From: Porphyridium purpureum
Taxonomy: Eukaryota
NCBI GenBank assembly: GCA_008690995.1
Contig: VRMN01000020.1
Span: 62,001-126,000, forward strand
DNA: 64,000 nucleotides
Reading direction: 5' to 3'
Shown: positions 1 through 11,048 of the stretch, piece by piece
Layout of the letters: each line of letters begins with the position of its first letter
How positions within the stretch are numbered: the stretch's first letter is position 1
Notes under the pieces: model-generated
The model's input: the letters and a program-made list of their open reading frames with translations, nothing else
Told to the model about the DNA's origin: nothing
The model's database searches: none
Position numbers and translations under genes: made by a program

Positions 1-526
1 ATACCACGTTTTTCACGTTGCCTTGAAACTACGTGCGGATTGTCTTCACCACTATGCGCTCTTTCATGAACGCCCGGATCATAAAAACGGCCGTTGGCAG
101 CCGTGGGCCACGGGCTTCCGACGCAGGGAGCTCTCTCACCGTTTTAGAATATCATTGGTGCTGGCTTCAAAGCTTGAGGCATCTTGACGAAAGCCGAGTA
201 TGAGCCGGCAGATGAGGTAGAATTTTCCGTCTCCCTCGCCTCCGTCATCTGCGCTAGAAGAGCCATGATATCTTGCACGAACCTGGCCGTAATGACCTCG
301 CGTTTTACATTCAACTGAGCATGCTGCATCGCTGCCATCTTGCTTAATTGCTCGGTATAGGCTTGCTTTACCACCGGCATAAAGTCCTCCAGCACTACCG
401 CCTTAACAGCATCCCAGGCGCTTTATGCTCTTCCGGCCACATAACATCCCGCGCAGGTCATAGTGCAGGCGACCCTCGAACTTTCACATCAAGAGCAAAC
501 GCCGATAGGCGCTGGAAACCTTTTAT

Positions 527-2272
527 GTGGTCAATGACGTTGTATGTGCGGCCGACGTGGACATCTGGTGGGACGCCGAACATGAAGGGATAAGGAGACT
601 CGCGCACAAAGATACTCGAGCACAAAGGAAGTATCGTGCCGCTGCATACGCTGCCGCCAAGTGCAAACTTTCTGGGTTCCAGATCTTTCAATCAAATCAA
701 GCAAGACCGAAATAAACGGCTAGCTAGGTCGTACTAGGACATCGCGACAAAGAAATAAAGGCACTCAAGGTGGAAGCCCCGTCGCTATCAAAACAAATGA
801 TGCGCATGGTAGTATCAATGGCTACCGTCAACAGACGAACAGTAAAGTACAGGGACTCCAAAAAGACTTGCCAAAATATCGGTGTTTCCCATGGAAAGAG
901 ACATCTCCATTTGACTGGGCACAAAAACCCTCGCCATTTTTGAACAAGCGTTGTAGAAGACATTGGCGGAGCACACTTTATTGAAGAAGCCGCTTTCCGC
1001 GTTGTGCGAACCTGGCTGTTCCTAGCATGAGAGCCCACTGCAAGCTCTCAATAAGGAGGGGTTTTAGCCCGGCGCGTTGGGCCCATGCATCATACATTGA
1101 AGCACGCACGGTGCCATCGGCACGCTTGTGGCTAGCGTGTTGGCGAGGGCGACAAAGTTTGCACGAAAACCGACGAGGTAGCTATTCCGACATTGAAGAA
1201 CAAGGGCCGTACTCTGCCGCATTTTATCTTGAATGGCGTGAATTTCGAGCAACAGAAAAACGCGTGTTACAGAATTGGAAACACCACAAGCGTCGAATCC
1301 CTTTCTGGGTGCGAAGACAAATTGAATTGCTGTCGCAGTACCAAGGACTCACAGGCGTACTTGGCCTCGCAAACCCGGCCGGACTTGCTATGCGTGAGCT
1401 CCAAGTTGTCTCAAATCACCGAGATGAAATAAGCACGTGAAGATGCAAAAATCCTTAACGTGGCTTTGCCGGGATTAAAGACGAAACAGAGCACAGGGAT
1501 GCTTCGGTTCGCAGCAAGAGATAGAGGCGAAATCAGATTGCCGGTTGAAGCGGATATCGCGTACGCGACGAATGACAATGCGACGTCCCAGCCGGCTTTC
1601 GTCATCTTCCTCAGAAGTCACACCGAAGTGTCGGTACAAACGCGTGGTACAGTGAGCAGATGTGCGCGTGTGTGTGAGAGGTGCGCCGCTGCCGGAGGAA
1701 CGAGTTTGGCGAGCGCAAGATTCTCCATGATGGCGGCTGTCACATGTAGCGTTTATCGCGTTCTAACTCTGTCGGGCAAGGAGTGATCGTGGTTTGTTTG
1801 CCGACAGGCTGGTAAATGAAGACTCGGATGCAAGCAATCGACTCCTGTGTGGTCGGACGGTGTAGTAGTCGCGGGACGCCAGGCGTGCAGTGAGAAAGTT
1901 TGTTTACACGAGAATGTGCATTTTCTTACTGCGCACTACGCAAAGGCGAGGCAGGTAATAGCCTTCGTGATGGGAGCGGAGCTTCTGTTTCTCTGTTTAG
2001 CCTTCGACCGTGCAAAGCTACTGCCGCTGAAACATCTGCACCTGGGGATGCCGGCATGGCTTTCGCTTGCGACAGACTCCAAGCAAGTGTATGGTGCAGT
2101 GGCTCGCAGCACAGTCATGCAGGAGAAACGACTCACGATGCCAATGCTGCCCCTTAGGGAAGGCATGTCCAACCTGCAAAGTCGAGAGCTGCTACGGATG
2201 CCAGGCAGTCAGACTGTCGCGGATGCACTAGCAAAGGTCAAGGGCTGTGGTTTGAATGGAAGAGGGTGCTAA
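527..2272 (+). mobile_element. Degenerate Ty1/copia LTR-retrotransposon pol relic (reverse transcriptase + RNase H), broken by stops, frameshifts and an insertion
   Basis: Collinear copia motifs lie across several broken frames. ~710-880 reads K*TAS*VVLGHRDKE..APSLSKQMMRMVVSMA..YRDSKK (cf. KARLVVQG..D...PT....R..L..AA....D+K.A). 1193-1432 has AYLASQTRPDLLCVSSKLSQ. 1460-1615 has GMLRF..IRLPVEADIAYATNDNATSQPAFVIFL (cf. DASFA....SQ.G+II). 1910-2240 has GAEL..AFD..LATDSKQVYG..QEKRL..LRE..ADALAK (RNase H end). Confidence 0.8.
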
Positions 2273-2339
2273 ACTGGGGTTTGCTGGCGGAGGTCGAGCC
2301 GTCAAAGACGTACTTCTCGTGTTTCTAGACGAGCGCCAC

Positions 2340-2358
2340 GAAAAGGTGGGGGAAAGAA
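2340..2358 (+). other. Candidate polypurine tract of the copia relic
   Basis: Purine-rich run GAAAAGGTGGGGGAAAGAA about 70 nt after the end of the RNase H frame; no LTR pair could be confirmed. Confidence 0.3.
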
Positions 2359-3229
2359 TAGCCAAAGTGTTGTAAGGTTCATTGCGGCGCCAAACATAGC
2401 CGTAACCTCTCCTGAGCAAATGCTAGCGGTGCTGGCAAGGTAGCGTTGCACGGGATTGGGAGGGCTCCAGAGCACTTGTTTGTCATTTCACGAGAAAACA
2501 TCTGTTCAGAGCCTCGTGCTTTGGAATAAGTAGACGCAGCGGGCGGCGCGAATACATTCTTCGCCACCACGCCGTCGACCAACGCCCTCTGCGGGAGCAT
2601 TAGTGGCTCTAGGCCCAGGCGGGGGCCACGCTCACAACCCGGTTCAGCTTTGACCCACTGTTGAAACCGCGAACTCGCCCGATGATGCACTTTTGAGGGG
2701 GCGCGAGCGGTAACCGGGACGAGAGCGACCTGGCCGGACGGTCGCGCGGAGAGTGCGATGGTCCCGGTCTTCGCGGTTGCTCTGTATATAAAGGACTGGT
2801 GGAGCCGCGCGGAGCAGGATTTGCCGGTCTTTAGAGTCAGAGGCTGTAGCATTTAGCATCGGAACTAATAGGTACTATAAAGGAGGCTTCTCTGAACCAT
2901 GGCGCTCGCTTATAGTAAGGCGGTTGCACCTGTGGGTCCGGGCGTGTTGGAGTTTCCACCCACACACACAAATACCCAAACGCGTCCGCACGTGGACACC
3001 GCTCCAACCCGACTAGCCGGATCCCCGGTTTCCCGGGTGGCCGTGAACGGTTTGCGCGCGCACGCGCCACGCGCGGGGTGTACAGCGCGCTGCGGCGTGT
3101 ACAGTCGCCCTTGCACGCACAGGATTTGTAACCGACAGGCGCGAGAACGGGCCCGTTTTGGCGGCAACGCGCGTGGGCTGGCGCGCGTGTGCGCGTGTGG
3201 CGCGCGGCTGTGAGGGAGTGCGAGTGCGG

Positions 3230-3360
3230 GCGGGACACGGGCGGCACGCGAGCGACACGGGAAGCGGCGAGGCACGACACGCGCACACGGCACGCACGGC
3301 ACGCACAGCACGCATACGGCACGCATACAGAACGCACAGCACGCACAGCACGCACGGTGG
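3230..3360. repeat. Low-complexity GCAC/GCACA repeat tract upstream of the MsrB-like gene
   Basis: Repeated gcacacg/gcacag/gcacg units are directly visible. Confidence 0.7.
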
Positions 3361-3551
3361 GAACGGTGGGTGGGTGTGCGGAGCGCGGTGGGCCGTCGGG
3401 TGCACGCTGCACGGTGCTCGGTGCTAGCCGCGTCGGGCTGCGCGTCGGGTGCTCGTTGGCACGCGCGCGAGGCTGCGCGGAGCGCGGGACGGTGGCCGCC
3501 GAGGCGCTGTGAGCAGGGCGGCACGGAGCGCGCGGGCGCGGGCGGGGCAGC

Positions 3552-4271
3552 ATGAGTACAAAGGACGAGGAGAGGCCGCACGGCCTCGCGAAGATGATGC
3601 CGCGCGCGCTGTCGGGGAAGAAGAAGAAGGACGCGTTGGACGCCGCCGACGCGGACGCCGACGCAGATGACCATGTTCCGCCAGGCGCCATGCCGCGTAA
3701 CATCACCGAGCGCGCCAAGAAACGGGTCACCGAGGTTTTGGACGAGGTCGCCGGCGAGGGCAAGCACTCGACCGCCGCGCCGGTCGAAAAGGTCGTGCGG
3801 TCCGAAGAAGAGTGGAAGGCGCTGCTCTCCGAGAACGAGTTCAACGTGTTCCGCAAGGGCCAAAACGAAAAACCAAAGATGGAAATAGGAACGCGTCTCC
3901 ACTCGGACCGCATGGGTGTCTTTTTGTGCAAGTGCTGCAACGAGCCGCTGTTCTCGCTCTCGTTTGAAGGCCCCTCACAGTTCGGGCTCGTCACCTTTTC
4001 TCACGCACTACCGGGACGAACAATTGTCAAGGACGTAGGAAGTCCAGAGGAGTATGAATCGCTGAACGTGCGCAAGAAGGTCTACTGTTGCCGCTGCGAA
4101 GGCTACCTTGGATTTATCGGGATGCCAAAGAACGCTTCGGCCACCATGGAGAAGATCACGCAGCCCATGCAAATCAACAAGTGCTGCCTCGTGTTCCTGG
4201 AGGCGCTGGTGCCCAAGGGCTCCAAGCGCACGAGCACGCGGATTGGCTTCAACAGCATGGTCGAGACATAA
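3552..4271 (+). CDS. MsrB/SelR-fold protein (methionine-R-sulfoxide reductase-like), probably non-catalytic
   Basis: RSEEEWKALLSENEFNVFRKGQNEKP, G.FLCKCCNEPLFS and VYCCRCEGYLG match the MsrB N-terminus and its two Zn CxxC pairs; the RYCINS catalytic motif is replaced by PMQINK. Confidence 0.8.
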   Translation: MSTKDEERPHGLAKMMPRALSGKKKKDALDAADADADADDHVPPGAMPRNITERAKKRVTEVLDEVAGEGKHSTAAPVEKVVRSEEEWKALLSENEFNVFRKGQNEKPKMEIGTRLHSDRMGVFLCKCCNEPLFSLSFEGPSQFGLVTFSHALPGRTIVKDVGSPEEYESLNVRKKVYCCRCEGYLGFIGMPKNASATMEKITQPMQINKCCLVFLEALVPKGSKRTSTRIGFNSMVET

Positions 4272-4438
4272 AAACACAGTGCAGTGCAGCCGGCGCTCGT
4301 GGTTGAGAGGTGTATATCTTTGCTCTGGTATTTCGCAAATGCGAGACATTGGACGCTGGGATGCATTGTACGGTCCGTGCTATGCGTGCGTGCGTTTGCC
4401 ATCGATCATTGCTTGGCTTGTTATCTGCTGTCTTTCTC

Positions 4439-4441
<3 letters not shown>

Positions 4442-4487
<46 letters not shown>
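4442..4487. repeat. (CT)n microsatellite
   Basis: Perfect CT dinucleotide run. Confidence 0.95.
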
Positions 4488-4493
<6 letters not shown>

Positions 4494-5080
4494 TTCTTTT
4501 TCTGTTTCTTTCGCCCTCTCGTTCTGTGTGTCGGTACGGATCGGGGAAAGATCCCAAGTCACCGACTCAGACTGACCAGCCGTCCGCATGCAAGCTGCTT
4601 TGGACAGTCGTTGTGCCGTCCGTGTGTCTTTTATCTGGGACGGCCAGAGAGGGCGTCAAAGGATAGGTGACACCCATACAATCGTGTACACATCGAGTAA
4701 ATCCAGACGGGCATTGACGCTTGACAAGCAGCATCTCTCTGGAGAGCTCCCCGAGGATTCGTCCTGCTCATTTCTCAAGGCTCCTGTGCACAGGCAAGGA
4801 CAGCGAGGTTTTCATGAATGCGTTGTTCGGCAGCAAGTCAGCAAGAACCACAAGTTGAGAGAACCATGACACCGCGTTTACTCAAGTGCACAATACCGCT
4901 ATTCGGGCGTGCTATTGCAAGCCCGCGAGACAACGACTGTGCTGGCGCGAGCGATGCGATGATCTCTAGAGCCTACTGCGTGATATGCTGATGAAGCCTC
5001 ACGAACGCGCGCCTCGCGAAGCGCGCGGCTCGTGCTGCTCGCCAAAAAACAAGGGGGGGAAGACGCAACAACCCAGCTGC

Positions 5081-5455
5081 CTACACGGCTGTCTTCGGGT
5101 CGTACGACTTTGGCGGACCCGGCAGCTTGGAAGGCCGGTGGCCCGGAAAGACGGCGAACGGAGACGGCGGCTTATCCGCGGCGCTGGGCGCGGCGGCCGA
5201 TCCGCTTGGCGAGGAGGTCGGGATCGGCGCGGCCGGCTTCTTTTCCGGGACGGCGGCGGTCCTGGGCAAGTCCTGCGTCTCTCCGACCGGCTTGGTGGCG
5301 CCCGAGCCGCTCTTCCTCGCGAGCCAGCCAAAGGATGCCTGCATGCTGGTCACCTGCTCGAGCTCGTCGCGCGTGGCGCTCGCGAGCGCGCCCATCGCGA
5401 CGACCGCGCCCGCCTGCGCCAGCGCGGCGCCCGCGACCGGAGCGATCCCTGCCAT
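5081..5455 (-). CDS. Small hypothetical Ala/Pro-rich protein (about 124 aa)
   Basis: ATG at 5455 (MAGIAPVAGAALAQAGAVVAMGAL...), GC-rich coding-like composition, hydrophobic N-terminus and Pro/Ser-rich C-terminus; no recognised domain. Confidence 0.45.
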   Translation of the reverse strand: MAGIAPVAGAALAQAGAVVAMGALASATRDELEQVTSMQASFGWLARKSGSGATKPVGETQDLPRTAAVPEKKPAAPIPTSSPSGSAAAPSAADKPPSPFAVFPGHRPSKLPGPPKSYDPKTAV

Positions 5456-5602
5456 TCTCTCGTCAGTCCTGCGTCTGCCACACCCCACACCCGCCTCACG
5501 CACGCACTCTCACTCGCTCCTTCTCACCGCGTCCGAACCCCCACGCGCCACACGCACCACACACGCCGCGCCCCGCGCCGCCCCGCGCCGCGATCTCGAT
5601 CT

Positions 5603-5810
5603 CACCACTCCACTGTACTCCACTGTACACCACTGTACTTAATCACTGTACACCACTGTACTCAATCACTGTACACCACTGTACACCACTGCACTCCACT
5701 GTACTTAATCACTGTATCCCACTGTACTAAGCTATTTCACACTGTACTCAATCACTGTACACCACTGTACAAATTGGAGTACAGTGAGTATGTACAGTGA
5801 ACACTGTACA
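5603..5810. repeat. Minisatellite with CACTGTAC core (about 10-13 nt units) ending in inverted GTACAGTG copies
   Basis: Units such as CCACTGTACT, CCACTGTACA and AATCACTGTACA recur throughout; reverse-complement copies lie at about 5779-5799. Confidence 0.9.
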
Positions 5811-7038
5811 CGCGGTGTGAGCGTGCGGGCTGCTGCACTTCCCTGGCAGGGCACGGGGGCAGAGCTGCCGGTCCGCTCATGGTGGCATTTGCGCGCGTGC
5901 GGCGGCGTTTCCCCGTCTTTCGATCGCGCGCTTGTTTCGCGCCGCTGTTCAGCCGCGTCGCGCGGTTTTCGCCGCGCCGGTACTGCGTCGGTCCGGTCCA
6001 TCGCACGAAAAGGTCAACGGCGCGCCACGGAATGCCGCGCAATGAGTGTGACGACGCGTGACAATTAGGCAGATGCGACACGAGCGAGCAAGAGATGCGC
6101 GAGAGCGCGTGCCAGGAACATAAACGGGACAAGGCTTGCTTCGTGGGGAACTAGATGCGCCAGAGCGTCTGAAATCAAAAGCTTGCAGGGCAGGGTCCGC
6201 GAAAATAAGCCGAGGGACTGGCGTCAGGCCCCGGCACGCGGCCTGTAGAGGGGTTGTCCAATGGGAAGGCGGCCTGCTTGCGCAGAAGGCTTCTTCATTT
6301 TTTGCCGTGCTCAGTCCTTTATCGGCAAGGTTGAAGAGTGAGTGCCTGTGGATACCATGGATGAGCAACCGTTGTGAACCAAACGGTTTGCGCGTGCGTC
6401 GCACTCGAGCAAGTGACGCGGAGAACCGGAAAAGTGCTGTGAGTCGCCAGGTCGGCGTGAGAGAGCAAGTACGTCGCTCCGAGTTCCGAGCGCCATTCTC
6501 GCTGGAAGAATCATCATGTGTTGGTATCCCCTGCCATCCGAGCGCAGTCAAAGTAGAGCATGCACTCCAGAAACGCAAAGCCACCTGGTCGGGAGGACAG
6601 CTGCGATGAGGCGCGGAAGCGCTGAGGGCATCACGTTTTAACTGTTCACTCTGGAGTGCCAAGGAGAGCCAGAGCATCATTCAATCCACTCGTCCCATGC
6701 GTGGCACGCCTTTAATGTTACACAGGTAGACACACCCACGGGCCCGGGGCGTTGCGTTTTGCAGACGAACGCCGCGAGTGTGTGAGAGAGCACATATGCA
6801 CACGCGCGTGCGCATGCATCCACCACTCCCGCCAACACACCGCGAAGAAGCAGGCGCGCGCGCCGCTGCCTGCCGGCGTTGCTGCGTTGTTGAGCACCGC
6901 GAGGCCGTAACTGTACCTAACTGTACCGCCGTACTGGGGTGTACAGCGGTGAATCTGGGGGTACAGCTCAGCGGCTTTGGGCGGACGCGCGGGCGGACGC
7001 CGCGGGGGCCGCGGGAGCAGCGAGAGGCGGACAGCGCA

Positions 7039-7374
7039 ATGGATTTGCTCAAGGGTGTCGTGGGAGGCGGCGGCGACGGCGGCGGCGCGGCGGCGTCCCA
7101 GTCGGGTGACGCGCAGGCGGCGACGGCCGCGCAGCAGGTGTTCCGCAAGTTTGACAAGGATTCGTCGGGCGCCCTGGACAAGAAGGAGGTTTCGGCCGCC
7201 CTCGCGGAGGTCATGGCCAAGCTCGGCATGCAGGAGCCCAGCGACTCGGTGGTGACCACGGTGGTCAAGTTCATGGACAAGGACCACGACTCCAAGATCG
7301 ACCTCAAGGAGTTCACCAGCATGGTGGAAAAGCTGCTCAAGCTGTGCAAGCCAAAGCCGCAGCCAACAGAGTAG
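7039..7374 (+). CDS. Small two-EF-hand calcium-binding protein (calmodulin-like lobe)
   Basis: Canonical loops VFRKFDKDSSGALDKKEV and FMDKDHDSKIDLKEF; ATG at 7039 in the frame of ORF 6778-7374. Confidence 0.9.
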   Translation: MDLLKGVVGGGGDGGGAAASQSGDAQAATAAQQVFRKFDKDSSGALDKKEVSAALAEVMAKLGMQEPSDSVVTTVVKFMDKDHDSKIDLKEFTSMVEKLLKLCKPKPQPTE

Positions 7375-7806
7375 GCCTCGCATCCTCCGCACGCCGGGCC
7401 GGCGTTCTGCAACCGACCGGGCCGCGTCGTCGCGCGCGTGTGGCGTGTTCCTGGGGCATGATGACGGACGTCCGCGGGATCTTGGGCGTTGCGGACAGAA
7501 GGGACGGGTGGCCTCTACCTGGCGCGCGTCCGCCACGCTCCTTGCGAGCACACTTGTGTAATGTAGCAGTAATTCGTAAATCGTAATCAGTTGGAGCGTA
7601 CGCAGCAATCTGACGCATCAGGTCGGCCGAACCACGTGCGTTCCGAAACCACACACCCGTGCCGGGCAGATTTCTCGTCCAATTCTTCACCGCCCAAGTT
7701 TATACTTTTTTGTCGCTCGGACTCTTGCGGAATCACGAACGTGCCGTGCTGTGCCCAGCCGAGCCGACCCGAGCCGACCCGAGCCGGGCCGGCCCGGTCG
7801 AATAAC

Positions 7807-8730
7807 ATGTTTGTAGCAACGCACGCGGGCATTGGTGCGTCGCACTCGCGACACGCCAATGCGCTGGTGGCAAAGAGGCGCGGATGTCTGTGCATGGCAC
7901 TCAGCCCAGTTCACATTGCAGTTGCGCTCCGCTACGTTCGACGCCGCGCGGGGCTACCCGGCAAGGTCAACGGAGGCGCCGTTCACTTTGTTGGATCTGG
8001 CTGCGCCGAGATCGACGGAATTTCCGTCCGCGGCGCGTCCTTGTTGCGCAGCTGTGATGCGGTTGTCTATGACGACCTGGTGGACGTCAGCGTCGTCAAT
8101 CATTACTGCCCGCCGGAGCCGTTCTGCCAGAGGATCTACGCCGGAAAGCGTGGAGGAAATGCTCCGTCTACGCTCCCGCTGCAGAACCACATCGACGAGC
8201 TTCTGCAAGAGCTCATGCGCGCAGGGATGCAGGTAGTCAGGCTCAAGGCCGGCGACCCTCTGATCTTTGGGCGTATTTCGGACGAGCTGGCGGCTGCGGA
8301 AAAGGCAGGCGTCAGTTGCTCCATTGTGCCAGGCTTCAGCAGCATCCAGGTCGCAGCGGCCTCGATTAGATTGCCCCTCACAAAACGCGATGTCGGTGAA
8401 AGTGTTCTCATCTTAAGTGGGCACAAGGAGCTCTCCGACTCGCAAGTTCTGAGCGCGTGCAACGCAGATCTGGTCGCGCTGCTCATGGCCACGAAGAATA
8501 TAGAGCGCATTGCCGACAGGATGATGCGCAGCGGACTCCCGGCGCGAACAGCTGTAATTGCCATACAGTGGGCGGGACGCAGTGACCAGCGAGTGGAACA
8601 TACGACGCTGCTCGAAGTGCAGCAAAGCAGCATTCCGCACATGAGCCCTGCTGTTGTCTTTATTGGTCGCGCAGTTGATGACTGGATGACGAGTGCTGCC
8701 GCTCTCAAAGTCATTCGCAGAGCTTTATGA
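7807..8730 (+). CDS. Uroporphyrinogen-III C-methyltransferase (SUMT; CobA/CysG-A/UPM1 family), with possible N-terminal organellar transit peptide
   Basis: VHFVGSG..., DAVVYDDLV, IYAGKRGG, VVRLKAGDPLIFGR, IVPGFSS, ILSGH and SPAVVFIG motifs; first ATG at 7807, start uncertain. Confidence 0.9.
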   Translation: MFVATHAGIGASHSRHANALVAKRRGCLCMALSPVHIAVALRYVRRRAGLPGKVNGGAVHFVGSGCAEIDGISVRGASLLRSCDAVVYDDLVDVSVVNHYCPPEPFCQRIYAGKRGGNAPSTLPLQNHIDELLQELMRAGMQVVRLKAGDPLIFGRISDELAAAEKAGVSCSIVPGFSSIQVAAASIRLPLTKRDVGESVLILSGHKELSDSQVLSACNADLVALLMATKNIERIADRMMRSGLPARTAVIAIQWAGRSDQRVEHTTLLEVQQSSIPHMSPAVVFIGRAVDDWMTSAAALKVIRRAL

Positions 8731-11048
8731 ATGAGCTTTCGATTGGCAAGACCCGTTCGAAGGCAATTGGAGTTTTCATGCTGAGTCTACTACTCCTCGA
8801 CCGCACTGGGATCAGCTGAGGAAGAAGCTGGCCCAAAGGACGTCACTCACCCGACAAATTTGGCACATCGTCGGAAAAGCTCTGACTGACCGCGACACAT
8901 GGCGCGCAATCTCTGTCTGTTCTTGCTTTTGTGCATAGTTTCCAAAATTCCGATGAACGATTTTGCAGCAGGGTGTGAGCTTTGCTTCAGTCTCCACGTG
9001 TCAGCCCTAAGGACTCTTCTGCGCCAAAAAGAAGCACAGAAAGGGATCCTTATCGTTTAGGAAAGGCCACGCATATGCTCTCTCGAGAGCGCTACAAGAC
9101 GCACGCCGCGCATTTTTTTGTGCATGATGCCGCAAACTAGGTGACCAACGCCAAACCTTTCATGCGACTTGTGCATTTCGGAACGAATTGCATACCATTC
9201 GAAGCCGCGATAAGCATGACATACAGCTGACACGGGACGAGCCGGTCTCGGTGCACACTCGTCTATACGAATTGCGAGCGCCTGCCTCTGTTCAAGTTTC
9301 TTTGCGCCGAAACCGTGGCATCTCGGCGAGGCGCTAGGACATGTGGTGCGCAACGGACCCGGGATTCTTTATTTGCTTGCGAGTCTAATCTGCCGGGATT
9401 TATACGCGCGACCAACGCACGCGACCACAGCCGCCACCATTTGCTACGCGTGGCCCTCTGCACCGCCAGCATCTCCTCGTCAGTCAACCAAACAAAGCTC
9501 GCAATAAATCGCGTGCGTAAAGGATTAACACGCAGACGTTGGCATTCAGATAGTGGCGTGCGGGTTTTGCCACTACCGTCGGCGCCGGCGCCCCTCAGCG
9601 ACCTGGTAAGCTATGTGTCCGCTGTATGTGGCTCAATTCCAGTCCTCATATCCTTCCTTTAACACAGTAGAGGCCGTGTAGTGCAAATAAAAAATCTTCT
9701 CGGACACGATTCCTCGATCACAGATTCACAAGCACAACCGGCGCGGGCTTGACGTGATTATTCCTCTTCGTCACGCTCCTCTTCGATACCTCTGTGGCAC
9801 TTTTGCTCGCGCGGGCAATAGCGTGCTGAGAGCCGTTCATTCTTCCATGCGTTTCATTCGTTCGAGTGGACATCTGCAACTGTCCTGCGGGATATGTCTT
9901 TTGTGCGTGTCTCCGTCTGATTGTAAAGGACGCCGAAAGGTGAGCTGAAGAACAGGTTGAAGGCACACGCGCTTAGAAGCAAGATAGCTGACGCATTGCG
10001 TGTCCTCCAATGGCGCAGTCTTGGTCCGACGCAAGTGACAAGGGAAGTGGAAAAAAACGGCCGGGCACGACATCACGTGTCAAAACAATTGCATTGACGA
10101 GGTGTTCTGGGTTCGAGACGCTCCTTTCACAGCAGAACATTCGGGCAATGCAATGTGGAAATAAATATTCCATGCGAAATTTCGAAGAACAGCAGAAAAT
10201 ACTTGCAAACTGGACATGGGTCACGCAGCTCAGCCAAACCAGCTCCTCATGCAAGGTGGACCGAACTTCGTCCATCCGGGACCAGAATCGATGCCTCGCA
10301 AGGTCGAATGCCACACAACGAGTGCTCAACTTGTACTCGTAGCACAAATACGCCACGCAAGTACGCAACGCTGACCAGGTGCAAGTTTCACTTCAGGATC
10401 CCGCCGCGAAATGGCATCTCGTATGGAAACACTTTAACTATAGCCACGAGAAAAAGTCGGTTTGTCCGTACGATCGCGTTGCACCACACCCACAAACGCA
10501 CCAAGCGTGCTGGAAGTCCGTTCCGCGCTTGAAACTGCGCTGGGCCATAGCACAGGTCATGCGATGCGACGAAATACAACGTGACACGCGATGCATGGAT
10601 GAGCGGGCTCGACCCATGGTCAGAAATTCTGTCCATAGCTTCAGCATTATCCGCGTCTGTGCCATCTCCTCTGGGTCTTCGCGGTAAAGCACAAGCGCAG
10701 GTGGCAAGAAGGGACCTATGTGCTTGCCTTGGAGCACTCTTTTAAGCCCATGCGCAAGACACGCGCCCAGCGCTTTGCTGACATACGAATCGGACTGCGC
10801 CCAGCGTTGCGCCGAAGACACGAAACGTGAAACTTCGTTCTGAGGAGTTCTTCCTCCACTGCGCACGAGGCTTCGACAATGGAACGAACGATCACGGAAA
10901 GTTCACGTTTCTTGATCGGTGAATCAGTTATCGACATCATCACGTAAAGGCCACGCACGCGTACCCATGCCCAGGTTCACAAGGTGTGGAGAACCCTGCA
11001 AAATACATGTGCGTGATTGTAGAGCCACCGGACAAAAAAAAAATCCTA

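Noticed and set aside
2360..2900. 3' LTR of the copia relic (TATA-like TATATAAA at about 2785)
   Set aside because: No matching second LTR or clear TG...CA boundaries are present within the window.
2837..3994. Long minus-strand ORFs (385 and 330 aa)
   Set aside because: They are antisense shadows of the MsrB-like gene plus a GC-rich repeat tract, with low-complexity Arg/Ala/Cys translations.
4985..5800. Plus-strand ORFs with HCTPLY repeats
   Set aside because: They are translations of the CACTGTAC minisatellite and of the antisense strand of a GC-rich ORF.
5603..5810. Possible CRISPR array
   Set aside because: The units are only about 10-13 nt with no unique spacers, there are no cas genes and the context is eukaryotic; it is a minisatellite.
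8800..11000. Cluster of short ORFs between SUMT and the PPR-like array
   Set aside because: No coherent protein or mobile-element motifs were recognised; it may be decayed sequence, but this is unsupported.
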